Source: Minisyncoccota bacterium
GTDB lineage: Bacteria; Patescibacteriota; Microgenomatia; UBA1400; PJMF01
Reading direction: 5' to 3'
Assembly (NCBI GenBank): GCA_012515515.1
Contig: JAAYYE010000009.1
Span: 35,818 to 99,817, forward strand
DNA length: 64,000 nucleotides
Of this stretch, positions 49,394 through 58,429 are shown piece after piece; position 1 is the stretch's first letter, and every line of letters begins with the position of its first letter. The notes beneath the pieces are model-generated. The model had not been told where the DNA came from. It did not search any database and worked only from the letters and a program-made list of their open reading frames with translations. Made by a program: the position numbers and the translations under genes.

Positions 49394-50661
49394 TTTATAA
49401 TTTTTTTTAATTTATTAAATTTTTGCCATAATAGATAATATCTACTGTTTTTAATTTTGTTTAAATCAAGTTTTAGTTGAAATATCTTTTCATTAAGTGA
49501 ATTTACCCTATTCGATAATTCAACATAATGAAAACACTCATGCATAATTTTTTGATCATCTGATTCTAAAGAATTAATGTCCAGGCCTTGAATAGTTGAA
49601 GTTTGAGCCCGTAAGACATCAATAGAATAGAATCGTGCTTCTTCAACAGACCGAATTAAATGATATAAAATTTCATTATTTTTTTTAGATAATTGTTTCT
49701 TTTTGAAATTTTTAATAGCTTGATTATAAATATCTACAATTTTTTTAATCTGCTGATTAGCCTCATAGTTTTTTAATGCTTTTTTTCTTAATAATTCGCC
49801 TTGTTTGTAGTTATATTTTTGCAAATCATCTAATATGTCATTTTCTGTCATTATCCTTTTTAAAGATCTCCCAGAGAAACCGTTTTCTTTTAAAAAATCA
49901 AAATTTCCAGTATCTACTAGTCCATCAGTAAATTGTGTCGAATTTTCATCAAATAAAATTGGTATTCGTCCACAAAACATGCTTTCAATTGCACCCAAGC
50001 TGATGGTAAAAACTAAATCTGCATTATTGATATAATCAACCAATTTATTATTATCCACCATATTATTATAAACAGAGCCAATATGAACACTTTTCAAACC
50101 CAATTGATTAATCACGCTCTCAATAACTGTTTGCTTTTCTACAGATAACTTATTACTTAATACCAAAACATTTTTGATAGTTTTCGAAATTGGCTTTTTT
50201 ACATAAAAAGCCTCTGAGTCAACTAAATTCCTAAAAACAATTATTTTGTGTTTCGGAACACCCAGTTTAAATACATGGTCACGCACGGTTTTATTAATAG
50301 TCAAAATATATGAGATATTTAGGTCAATGGCTGGCACTTGTTCTAAAAAAGGCACATATCCATGAACCCATAAAACCATCGGCAAATCTGGAAAATAATA
50401 TCTTACTTCATAAGCACAAATATTGTGTTGAACGTGCGCAATATCAAATTTTTGATTTCTTATTAAATTTAAATTGTCGACAACCTTAACCTTATAGTCT
50501 TCCATTGTTTTAACTAACTTATTTCCTAGATATTTACTATAGAAAACTACCTCATGCCCTTCTTTTCTTAAATATTTACAAAGAATTAGAGATGAAACCT
50601 CTGTGCCAGTGTATTGATACAAATGATGATTGGTGACTAAAATCCTCAGAGGTTTCTTCAT
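49390..50661 (-). CDS. GT-B fold glycosyltransferase with C-terminal coiled coil
   Basis: RILVTN...GTE...GHEV, ESMFCG, C-terminal heptads and SRYYLLW. Confidence 0.75.
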   Translation of the reverse strand: MKKPLRILVTNHHLYQYTGTEVSSLILCKYLRKEGHEVVFYSKYLGNKLVKTMEDYKVKVVDNLNLIRNQKFDIAHVQHNICAYEVRYYFPDLPMVLWVHGYVPFLEQVPAIDLNISYILTINKTVRDHVFKLGVPKHKIIVFRNLVDSEAFYVKKPISKTIKNVLVLSNKLSVEKQTVIESVINQLGLKSVHIGSVYNNMVDNNKLVDYINNADLVFTISLGAIESMFCGRIPILFDENSTQFTDGLVDTGNFDFLKENGFSGRSLKRIMTENDILDDLQKYNYKQGELLRKKALKNYEANQQIKKIVDIYNQAIKNFKKKQLSKKNNEILYHLIRSVEEARFYSIDVLRAQTSTIQGLDINSLESDDQKIMHECFHYVELSNRVNSLNEKIFQLKLDLNKIKNSRYYLLWQKFNKLKKIIK

Positions 50662-50676
50662 AAATTAAGTATTATA

Positions 50677-51420
50677 TTAATTCACACCCGCATTTACATA
50701 TTTTTCACTCACTTCTTCCACCTTCCCATCCACAATCACTCGATGTTCATTCAAATAAATTGCTCTAGTACAAAACTTTTGAATTTGTTCTAGGGCATGA
50801 GATACCAAAATAATTGTTACTCCTGCTTTTTTAAACTCCTCCATTCTTTTGAAACATTTCTTTCTAAAATTATCGTCTCCCACTGCCAAAATCTCATCAA
50901 TTAGTAAAATATCGGGATTAGTATGGACTGCCACACTAAAAGCCAAGCGCAAATACATGCCAGAACTGTAATGTTTAATCGGTTGATCAATAAATTCCCA
51001 AAGCTCAGCGAAATCAACAATTTCGCTAAACCGATCTGTTACTTCTTTTTTACTTAAGCCTAAAATGATGCCGTTGAGAAATATATTTTCTCTGCCAGTT
51101 AACTCAGGGTGAAAACCAGCGCCAAGTTCAATCAGTGGGGCAATTTTACCATTAAGCGTAATTTTACCCTTAGTCGGCTTAGTTACCCCTGCCATTAGTT
51201 TGAGTAAAGTGCTTTTACCTGCGCCATTGGGGCCAATAATCCCAACTGTTTCACCCTTTTTGATCTTTAAATTAATATTTTCTAATGCCCAAAAGTGCTC
51301 CACAGCTTTTTGCCCACCAAACAAGGCTGGTAATAATTCCTTAAAAGTACGTTGTTTTTGCAAACGAAAAAGCTTGCTTGCTTCTGCCACACTAATAGCG
51401 ATTGTTTGATTGTCTTTCAT
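50677..51420 (-). CDS. wzt: Polysaccharide ABC transporter ATPase Wzt/TagH (no C-terminal carbohydrate-binding domain)
   Basis: GPNGAGKST, YSSGMYLRLAF, IDEILAVGD; 247 aa. Confidence 0.93.
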   Translation of the reverse strand: MKDNQTIAISVAEASKLFRLQKQRTFKELLPALFGGQKAVEHFWALENINLKIKKGETVGIIGPNGAGKSTLLKLMAGVTKPTKGKITLNGKIAPLIELGAGFHPELTGRENIFLNGIILGLSKKEVTDRFSEIVDFAELWEFIDQPIKHYSSGMYLRLAFSVAVHTNPDILLIDEILAVGDDNFRKKCFKRMEEFKKAGVTIILVSHALEQIQKFCTRAIYLNEHRVIVDGKVEEVSEKYVNAGVN

Positions 51421-51423
51421 GGT

Positions 51424-52203
51424 TTAAACAACATCGGCAAAAAGGCCTTCAACTTTTTTGAAAAATTTATAAGCAAGAGCTAAAATACCCAGCGATAAAA
51501 GTAAAGCCAAGCCTAAGCTTTGTAGATTTGGCATTCCTCCAGCTAAAATTACCTGGCGATAAGCATTAATAATGATGGCCATTGGGTTGAGCTTAAAAAT
51601 CCACTGATATTTTTCTGGAAAAAATTCAGTGGCATAAATAACTGGGGTTAAATACATCCAGATTAAGAGCACTAGATTTAGCAAGTATTGAATATCTCGA
51701 TAAAACAAATTGGCCGCTGCTAAAAATAAAGACAGAGCATAAGTAAAAAGCTGCTGAATAAGTAGAATGGGAATGACCCAAAGAATGTTCCAAGTCACAG
51801 GAATTTGAAAGTAAATCATAAAAATAATAAAAATACTGCAGGATAGGGCAAAATCCACCATTTTAGCCAGCATCGTGCTCATGACAAAGATTTCTCTAGG
51901 AAAATAAATTTTACTTAATAAACCAGCGTTGCCCACCAATGAATTGACTGAACCTGTTAAAGAATTATTAAACAATGTCCAAGGCAACAAACCAGCATAC
52001 AAATAAATTGAATAAGGCACGCCCAGATCTGGAATGCGTATAATGATACTGTAAACAAAAGCCATCACCAACATTTGAAAAAAAGGATTGAGAATGACCC
52101 AGGCATAGCCCAGCACCGACTGTTTGTAGCGCTGCTTAATTTCTCGGCTGGTAAGCTGGCCCAACAATTCATGATATTGACTAAAAAGCTTAATCATCGA
52201 CAT
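51424..52203 (-). CDS. wzm: Polysaccharide ABC transporter permease Wzm/TagG
   Basis: RYKQSVLGYAW..LNP, KIYFPRE, YRD, LNP. Confidence 0.93.
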   Translation of the reverse strand: MSMIKLFSQYHELLGQLTSREIKQRYKQSVLGYAWVILNPFFQMLVMAFVYSIIIRIPDLGVPYSIYLYAGLLPWTLFNNSLTGSVNSLVGNAGLLSKIYFPREIFVMSTMLAKMVDFALSCSIFIIFMIYFQIPVTWNILWVIPILLIQQLFTYALSLFLAAANLFYRDIQYLLNLVLLIWMYLTPVIYATEFFPEKYQWIFKLNPMAIIINAYRQVILAGGMPNLQSLGLALLLSLGILALAYKFFKKVEGLFADVV

Positions 52204-52236
52204 TATAATTAGTATAACATTGAAAAATTATTGAGT

Positions 52237-52295
52237 GATTGGGAGTTTGTGAGTGAGTTGGTGGCCAGCTCACTCAGCCCGATTGAGAGTTTGTG
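52237..52295. repeat. 15-bp direct repeats flanking a 12-bp hairpin
   Basis: GATTGGGAGTTTGTG (52237-52251) and GATTGAGAGTTTGTG (52281-52295); hairpin at 52250-52276. Confidence 0.7.
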
Positions 52296-52310
52296 CAGTA
52301 TAATGGCTAT

Positions 52311-53414
52311 ATGGCAGATCGAGTTTTAATTGTTGGCGCTGGTTTAACAGGAGCCACTTTGGCTAGACAGCTAGCCGATCGGGGGATGGAAATCTTGCTG
52401 ATTGATAAGCGCGCGCATCTGGCAGGCAATTGTTTTGATCAGGATTTAGAAGATATTTTAGTCTCACGCTATGGCGCTCACTTGTTTCACACTAATAGTA
52501 AAGCGGTTTGGCAATTCCTGCAAAAATTTGCCGACTGGCGTGCTTATGAGCATCAAGTGCTGACTAAAGTTAACGATCAGAGCGTGGTTTTGCCTGTCAA
52601 CATTAATACTATTAATCAATTGTTTGGCTTAAAGCTTAAAACAGGGGCAGAAATGAGGCATTTTTTGACCACTCAAGCCCTCAAAATCAAAGAAATTAAT
52701 AGTTTAGCCGATTATTTGTTGTCCAAAGTTGGTGAAGTTATTTATCAGAAAATTTTTTACGGATATAGCTTTAAACAATGGGGTCTTGATCCAGCACTCT
52801 TAGATACTAGTATTAGTAATCGCCTACCCATTCGCTACAATTTTGATAATCGCTATTTTACTGATAAATATCAAGCCCTGCCGACAGCTGGTTATACGGC
52901 CCTGGTTAAAAAGATGCTCGATCATCCGCAGATTAAAGTGCAGTTGAAACAGAATTTTTTCAAATTGTCGAAAAATTATCTGCAAAAATTTAACAAAATT
53001 ATTTATACCGGGCCGATTGACCAATATTTTAATTATAAATATGGCCGATTAGAATATCGCTCTCTCAAATTTGAATTTTGTAAAGTCAATGCCGAGTTTT
53101 ACCAAAACAACAGCGTCATTAATTATCCAGATTTAACTGTACCCTACACGCGTATTATTGAGTTTAAATATTTTGCACCTACTAAAGTGACCAAACACAC
53201 GATCATTGCTCGTGAATACCCAAAGAGTAAGGGTGAGCCTTATTATCCGGTGCCAAGGACGAGAAATCATCAAGTAGTTAAAAAATATCTTGCTAAAGTT
53301 AGTGAACTAGAGCAAAAAGGTGTTTATTTTGCTGGCCGACTGGGTACTTATCGCTATTTAAATATGGATGAGGCAGTGGCAGAGGCGATGAAGTTGGCAG
53401 AGAGAATTGATTAG
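52311..53414 (+). CDS. glf: UDP-galactopyranose mutase
   Basis: VGAGLTG, YGAHLFHT, YTRIIEFK, EPYYP, GRLGTYRYLNMD. Confidence 0.95.
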   Translation: MADRVLIVGAGLTGATLARQLADRGMEILLIDKRAHLAGNCFDQDLEDILVSRYGAHLFHTNSKAVWQFLQKFADWRAYEHQVLTKVNDQSVVLPVNINTINQLFGLKLKTGAEMRHFLTTQALKIKEINSLADYLLSKVGEVIYQKIFYGYSFKQWGLDPALLDTSISNRLPIRYNFDNRYFTDKYQALPTAGYTALVKKMLDHPQIKVQLKQNFFKLSKNYLQKFNKIIYTGPIDQYFNYKYGRLEYRSLKFEFCKVNAEFYQNNSVINYPDLTVPYTRIIEFKYFAPTKVTKHTIIAREYPKSKGEPYYPVPRTRNHQVVKKYLAKVSELEQKGVYFAGRLGTYRYLNMDEAVAEAMKLAERID

Positions 53415-53424
53415 ATCACAAAGC

Positions 53425-53691
53425 TTATTTATAAATCTCTGAGTGAAAACCTAGATCAAAAAAATAATATTCTTCGTCAACCATATAGATCAAACGGAAG
53501 GATTTTGTCACACTAATACTCCAGGAATTTTGCAGCTTACCTTTTAATTTATGATGTCTAAGTGAAGGGTGTCGCGGATTTTCAGCAAATAATAAGAGCT
53601 GTGAGTTAATTTTTTTAAATAATTCTGGATTTCTTCTTTTGATATTTTTAAGTTTACGATAAAAATTTTGCGAGAAAGAAATTTCTATCAT
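53425..53691 (-). CDS. RelE/YafQ-family toxin (mRNA interferase)
   Basis: NP.HPSLR.HKLKGKL...WSISV....RLIY...DLG.H..IY. Confidence 0.85.
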   Translation of the reverse strand: MIEISFSQNFYRKLKNIKRRNPELFKKINSQLLLFAENPRHPSLRHHKLKGKLQNSWSISVTKSFRLIYMVDEEYYFFDLGFHSEIYK

Positions 53692-53936
53692 AAATTATCG
53701 AGTGTTTTTTGTAATTTATGAATTTTAATAGCTTGTTTTTTATTGTTTTTGGCATCTTCATATGCCATTTCAACCTGATCACTAACTAATTTTTCTTCGA
53801 AAGTTGTTTCTTTAATATCATCAATAATCAGATTTTTCACATAAGAAGACATGGTTAGGCCAATTGTTTGAGCTCTTTTTTGCAATATACTGTGCAATTG
53901 TTTAGATAAGGTGACTTTAAGTTGAATTGTGGACAT
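53688..53936 (-). CDS. Putative ribbon-helix-helix antitoxin
   Basis: MSTIQLKVTLS..L...L..RA..IGLTMSSYVKNLI; overlaps the toxin start by 4 bp. Confidence 0.75.
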   Translation of the reverse strand: MSTIQLKVTLSKQLHSILQKRAQTIGLTMSSYVKNLIIDDIKETTFEEKLVSDQVEMAYEDAKNNKKQAIKIHKLQKTLDNL

Positions 53937-53957
53937 ATTGTGGACTATTTTAGTCCA
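53926..53957. promoter_or_regulatory. Toxin-antitoxin operator
   Basis: TGGACTA-TTT-TAGTCCA palindrome (53941-53957) plus a repeated ATTGTGGAC running over the antitoxin start. Confidence 0.7.
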
Positions 53958-54092
53958 ATCAACAGCTAAAATCAAATTTGGATTGACACTGGAATACGTC
54001 ATGTAACTATTTTTGCAAAAAAATATTACATAAAAGCATACAAATTTAATTTAAGCTCTGTATAAAAGAGATAGGCTCTGTATAATTGAATT

Positions 54093-55547
54093 GTGACTAA
54101 ATTAAAATTTAAAAAAATCCTTCCTTATTTTTTGGCAGTTCTATTATTAATACTTTTTATTTTTTTGCGTTTTTATAAAATTAGCAGTTCTTTGCTTTTT
54201 TTTAATGATATTGGTCGAGATTTTTTAGTGCTTTGGAATTGGCAACATTCTAATAAGCCGCCACTTTTGGGGCCACAGACCAGCGCTATTCCTTTTAATC
54301 AAAGTGCTATTTATTTTTACTTGCTATATCCATTTTATTTAATTAGTAATGGTTCGCCTTATGCCACTTTAATAGCCTTGGCAATTTTTTATATTGTGGC
54401 TTTTATCTTGGGTTTATATTTATTGCGCAAACAGCCTCGCTGGCAAAACTCCTTGCTGATTGTCTTTTTTTTAATTTGCTTGCATCCGCAATATATTATT
54501 CAGAATCGTTTTGTCTGGAATCCTAGTTTTGTCACTCCTTTTTTACTCTTTGCTTTTTATGCTTTTTTAGCCCTGCGCAACAAATATCTTAAAGAAAAAT
54601 CTTTAGATAAGGTGTTAAGTTGGGGTTTTGCCATGGCTTTAGCTTTGGCTTTGAGTTTCTCTTACTCGGTTTTTCCTGTTTTCTTGGCTTTTGCCCTGAT
54701 GGCAGTCTTTGTTTTTAAAAAAGATTTTTGGCCTCTGGCTTTTAAAACAATCGCTTCCTTAGCTTTAGCCAACTTACCAACTATTGTTTTTGAATTGCGC
54801 CATAATTTTTTATTGACGAATATGATGCTCACTCGCGAAGCTATGCCTCAGCCAGCCAGCTATTTAATGGCTAAACTTGAGGCAATTACTTCTTTTGTCT
54901 TTCATTTGCCAAATGTTTTTTACTTAGCAATTTTCTTAATCCTGCTAACGACGATTGTTTATTTGATCAACAAAAAGAAAAAACTATCTTTTGACTTGCT
55001 ACTAGCTCTGGCTTTATTCTTTTTGACTCTAATTATTACTTTGCTGATGCCGGTAGCTATTCAAGCTCATTATATTTTTGGTCTAACTACTTGTTTGTTT
55101 TTGCTTTTGGCTTTTTTACTAATTAATAATCGCTGGGCGCTCTTGATTTTGCCTTTTTTACTAGTTTTTTGGTTGAAACCAGCTCAATTGGCCAGTTATT
55201 TTGCTCCAGCTTATCGCAGTGTTGATGATTCACTGGCTTGTGCTAGAAATTTCTGCAATTCTCACCAAGAAGCTCTATTTGTAGCGGTGCAATCTGATTT
55301 TCATCCTTATCACAACGCTATGGAATGGCAATATTTATTCCTGCACAGCGCTTGTGATCTTAAAGACTTAGTCACTAACACGGCTGATGCCGACTATTTA
55401 GCAGTGGTGGTGGAAAAAAGCCAATACGAGCACAATAAAACTGCTTTTAACGAGTTAACTATTTTTGGCCCCAGTGAAGAAATTGAAACATTTTCTTGCC
55501 AAGATGATCTAGAAATTAGATTATTAAAGAAAATAGACCCTCTATAA
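54093..55547 (+). CDS. GT-C fold membrane glycosyltransferase (ArnT-like)
   Basis: LRFY..FFNDIGRD..PLLGPQTS..R.VWNP; multi-pass membrane protein. Confidence 0.75.
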   Translation: MTKLKFKKILPYFLAVLLLILFIFLRFYKISSSLLFFNDIGRDFLVLWNWQHSNKPPLLGPQTSAIPFNQSAIYFYLLYPFYLISNGSPYATLIALAIFYIVAFILGLYLLRKQPRWQNSLLIVFFLICLHPQYIIQNRFVWNPSFVTPFLLFAFYAFLALRNKYLKEKSLDKVLSWGFAMALALALSFSYSVFPVFLAFALMAVFVFKKDFWPLAFKTIASLALANLPTIVFELRHNFLLTNMMLTREAMPQPASYLMAKLEAITSFVFHLPNVFYLAIFLILLTTIVYLINKKKKLSFDLLLALALFFLTLIITLLMPVAIQAHYIFGLTTCLFLLLAFLLINNRWALLILPFLLVFWLKPAQLASYFAPAYRSVDDSLACARNFCNSHQEALFVAVQSDFHPYHNAMEWQYLFLHSACDLKDLVTNTADADYLAVVVEKSQYEHNKTAFNELTIFGPSEEIETFSCQDDLEIRLLKKIDPL

Positions 55548-55572
55548 TTAAAAATAGCAGGCGACTAAAGTT

Positions 55573-56493
55573 TTAAGCTTTATTTTTAAACCAGGCAACC
55601 GTCCTTTTTACGCCCTCATCAAAATTTATTCTTACGTGCCAGTCTAAAATTTCCCTGGCTTTGCTCGCATCTAACGAGCTGGTCACTTGTTCGCCGATGC
55701 GCTCAGGTCCATATTCTCTTGGCATGTCTATGCCTAGTTCACTGACTAATTTGTCAAAAACTTCATTAGTTGAGGTTTCAATGCCTGTGCCAATATTTAA
55801 TTCGCCAACAAAGTAAGTTTCTAAAGCTAAAACATTGGCCATCACCACATCGCTTACATAAATATAGTCGCGGGTGTGTTTGCCATTGCCATTAATAATG
55901 GCTGGTTTACCCTCACCTAGCGCTTCCAAAAAGATGGCAATCACTCCCGATTCGCCATGAGAATTTTGGCGCGGGCCATAAACATTGCTGTAGCGCAGTG
56001 ACACATAATGAATCTGATGAATTTCATGATAATAGTTGAGGTAAAGTTCGCCAGCGCGTTTGGAAATGCCATAGGGAGATAGCGGTTGTTCTTTCATTTG
56101 TTCAGTAAAAGGGGTTTTTTTATTGCCATACATCGCTCCGCCTGTGGCAGCCATCACCACTCTTTTAACTCCAGCTTTTTTAGCGGCTTCCATAATATTT
56201 AGTAAACCGATGATATTATTTTGGGCATCAAATTGCGGATTTTTCACAGAATAGCCAACTTGAATATGAGCAGCGTGGTGGTTAATGGCATCTGGTTTTT
56301 CTTCTAGGATAATTTTCTGGATTTTTTTTTGATCGACAATGTCACACTCTATAAATTTAGCTTTTGGATTGAGATTGGCTCTTTGCCCCGTGGATAAATT
56401 ATCAACTATCAAGACCTCATGACCGATAGCCACATAGGCATCGACAACATGTGAACCAATAAAACCTGCTCCACCCGTCACTAAAATTTTCAT
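55573..56493 (-). CDS. UDP-glucose 4-epimerase-like SDR
   Basis: GGAGFIGSH, PYGISK, RYSNVYGPRQ...GESGV, RDYIYV. Confidence 0.85.
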   Translation of the reverse strand: MKILVTGGAGFIGSHVVDAYVAIGHEVLIVDNLSTGQRANLNPKAKFIECDIVDQKKIQKIILEEKPDAINHHAAHIQVGYSVKNPQFDAQNNIIGLLNIMEAAKKAGVKRVVMAATGGAMYGNKKTPFTEQMKEQPLSPYGISKRAGELYLNYYHEIHQIHYVSLRYSNVYGPRQNSHGESGVIAIFLEALGEGKPAIINGNGKHTRDYIYVSDVVMANVLALETYFVGELNIGTGIETSTNEVFDKLVSELGIDMPREYGPERIGEQVTSSLDASKAREILDWHVRINFDEGVKRTVAWFKNKA

Positions 56494-56521
56494 AAAACCT
56501 TTCTCTAAATTTACTAGCGAA

Positions 56522-57580
56522 TTATTTACTTAATTCTTGATAAACTTTGATAGTTTGCTTGGCTGTTTTTTCCCAAGAAAACTTTTTTTCCCATGATCCA
56601 GCCTTTTTAATAAAATCTTGTCGTTCCTTATTTTTCCAATTTAAAATATTTTTGACAGCTTCGGCAAAATCTTCAGCTTTGGCTTTTTCTACATAATAAG
56701 CAAAATTGCCAGCGATCTCTGGTAAAGAAGAATTTTTGGCACAAATTACGGGAGTTTGACAACGCATCGCTTCTAAAATGGGCAAACCAAAGCCCTCATA
56801 AATTGAAGGCTGAATATAAGCAATGGCACTCTGGTAAATAGCAGTTAAACAGTCTGGGTCATTGCTGGTCACATCTTCAATAAACTTAACTCGCTTTGCC
56901 ACATCGCTTAGGGCAATTTGTTTTTCAATGGCGGCCCATTCTGGAATTTCTTGAGGATGAAAATTGTTGCCAACACAGACCAATTTCACATGCGGCGGGA
57001 TAAACTTTAAGCTTTTAATTAATTGCACTAAATTTTTGTTGTAATTAATATCGCCCACATAGAGTAAATAATGGGCAGGGAGATTTAATTTGCGCTGCTG
57101 ACTGCGTAAAACAGTTTCGCTGAGGGGTTTGAGTCTAGGATTAGCAGCTAAATAAATGACTCTAATTTTTTTTTCTGGCACTCCGAGGAATTCGATAATG
57201 TCTTTTTTGGATGATTCGCTATCAGTAATAATCAAATCGACCGTTTTCAGAGCTAACTTTTGGCGAAATAGCTTGATTCTACCGCGTATTCCTGGATTAT
57301 AATGCTTGGGAAATATCAAAGGAATGACATCGTGAATGGTCACCACTGTTTTAGTCAAAAATTTGAAAGGCAAGGTGGAGTGAAAAAAATCAAAATAGGG
57401 ATAATGGATGACATTAGCTTGAAAATCGCTTAATTCTGTTTCGCTCATGGCGCCAGATTGAAAAACTTCGATCCTCTGATCATTCAATAATAAACGATCT
57501 AACAAAAATCTAGTGTAAGTACCGATTCCTCTGGTCGCATTAGCATCACTTAGCGGACTGGTATCGAGCAAAACCCTCAT
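56522..57580 (-). CDS. GT4 glycosyltransferase
   Basis: RGIGTY, TIHD, YEGFGLPILEAM. Confidence 0.9.
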   Translation of the reverse strand: MRVLLDTSPLSDANATRGIGTYTRFLLDRLLLNDQRIEVFQSGAMSETELSDFQANVIHYPYFDFFHSTLPFKFLTKTVVTIHDVIPLIFPKHYNPGIRGRIKLFRQKLALKTVDLIITDSESSKKDIIEFLGVPEKKIRVIYLAANPRLKPLSETVLRSQQRKLNLPAHYLLYVGDINYNKNLVQLIKSLKFIPPHVKLVCVGNNFHPQEIPEWAAIEKQIALSDVAKRVKFIEDVTSNDPDCLTAIYQSAIAYIQPSIYEGFGLPILEAMRCQTPVICAKNSSLPEIAGNFAYYVEKAKAEDFAEAVKNILNWKNKERQDFIKKAGSWEKKFSWEKTAKQTIKVYQELSK

Positions 57581-58369
57581 TTAATCCTCTCCCAGCTTTA
57601 ATTCCCAGCATTTCAAGTAAGCCATTGGATGATGGAGAGCGCTAAATAGGGCAAAAACAAAACCGGGCCAGGCATCCAAAAAGCCCTTGTGTCGAATATA
57701 TAATTTTAGGAAAGTGATTAGCGGTTTAATGATCATGTAATTAATAAAAGTGAATGGATTGATTCTGAGTTTTGCATCGACCAATTGCTGAGCTTTAAAA
57801 CTAGTATAAGTATTGAATTTGTGTAAATAAACACGAAAAGTTGGATTGCTATAGTGCCACAAATGACCTTCGGCAACTCCTGTTTGGCCATCAACCCACA
57901 TTTGCTCGTGAACATCTTGTTGGGGTAATCCAGCCTTGCCGTTAACATATAAACGAATGACTGGATCTGGGTATTGTCCGCCTTTTCTTAGCCACCTGCC
58001 CATAAATAAATTGTGGCGTCTAATCCACCAAGCGACTGGCGCATTGGTAGTGGCTTTTTTTTGCTTGCTCAGATTTTTGTCGGTTTTTTTAATAAAATCT
58101 GCTAATTCTTCATCGACCGCTTCATCGGCATCGATTTGCAAAACTAAATGGCCTTTGGCCTTATCCATGGCCAGCTGTTTATTAATGTGAAAGTTTTTTT
58201 TGTTGCTGGTTTTAGTGACTTTTGCGCCAAACTTTTTTGCCAACTGGCGGGTGTTATCTGTTGAGTCACCATCGATCACAATTATTTCATCAGCAAAATT
58301 TTTTACTGAGTTTAAACACTTTTCAATATTGTCGGCTTCATTGTGGGTGGCTAAAACGACTGAAATCAT
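57581..58369 (-). CDS. GT2 glycosyltransferase (WaaE/KdtX-like beta-glucosyltransferase family)
   Basis: NEADNI..CL.SV, DGDSTD, IDADE, YPD..IRL, VHE; start moved to ATG 58369. Confidence 0.87.
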   Translation of the reverse strand: MISVVLATHNEADNIEKCLNSVKNFADEIIVIDGDSTDNTRQLAKKFGAKVTKTSNKKNFHINKQLAMDKAKGHLVLQIDADEAVDEELADFIKKTDKNLSKQKKATTNAPVAWWIRRHNLFMGRWLRKGGQYPDPVIRLYVNGKAGLPQQDVHEQMWVDGQTGVAEGHLWHYSNPTFRVYLHKFNTYTSFKAQQLVDAKLRINPFTFINYMIIKPLITFLKLYIRHKGFLDAWPGFVFALFSALHHPMAYLKCWELKLGED

Positions 58370-58429
58370 ATGTTCATTATAACAAATTATCAAAGATAGC
58401 AAATTATAAACGATAGCAAGCTATAAAAC

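Larger units (their letters stand above)
39048..50661. mobile_element. Putative horizontally acquired low-GC glycan island (no mobility genes seen)
   Basis: Visibly more AT-rich, many ATA/AGA codons, mixed gene orientation. Judged by eye; boundaries approximate. Confidence 0.55.

Noticed and set aside
52237-52295. Possible mini-CRISPR (two repeats with a 29-nt spacer)
   Set aside because: The repeats are only 15 bp, there are two copies, and no cas genes are present. Kept only as a repeat/hairpin.
54055-54085. GCTCTGTATAA repeated at 20-bp spacing
   Set aside because: Short, two copies, and overlapping the -10 box; most simply a small promoter duplication.
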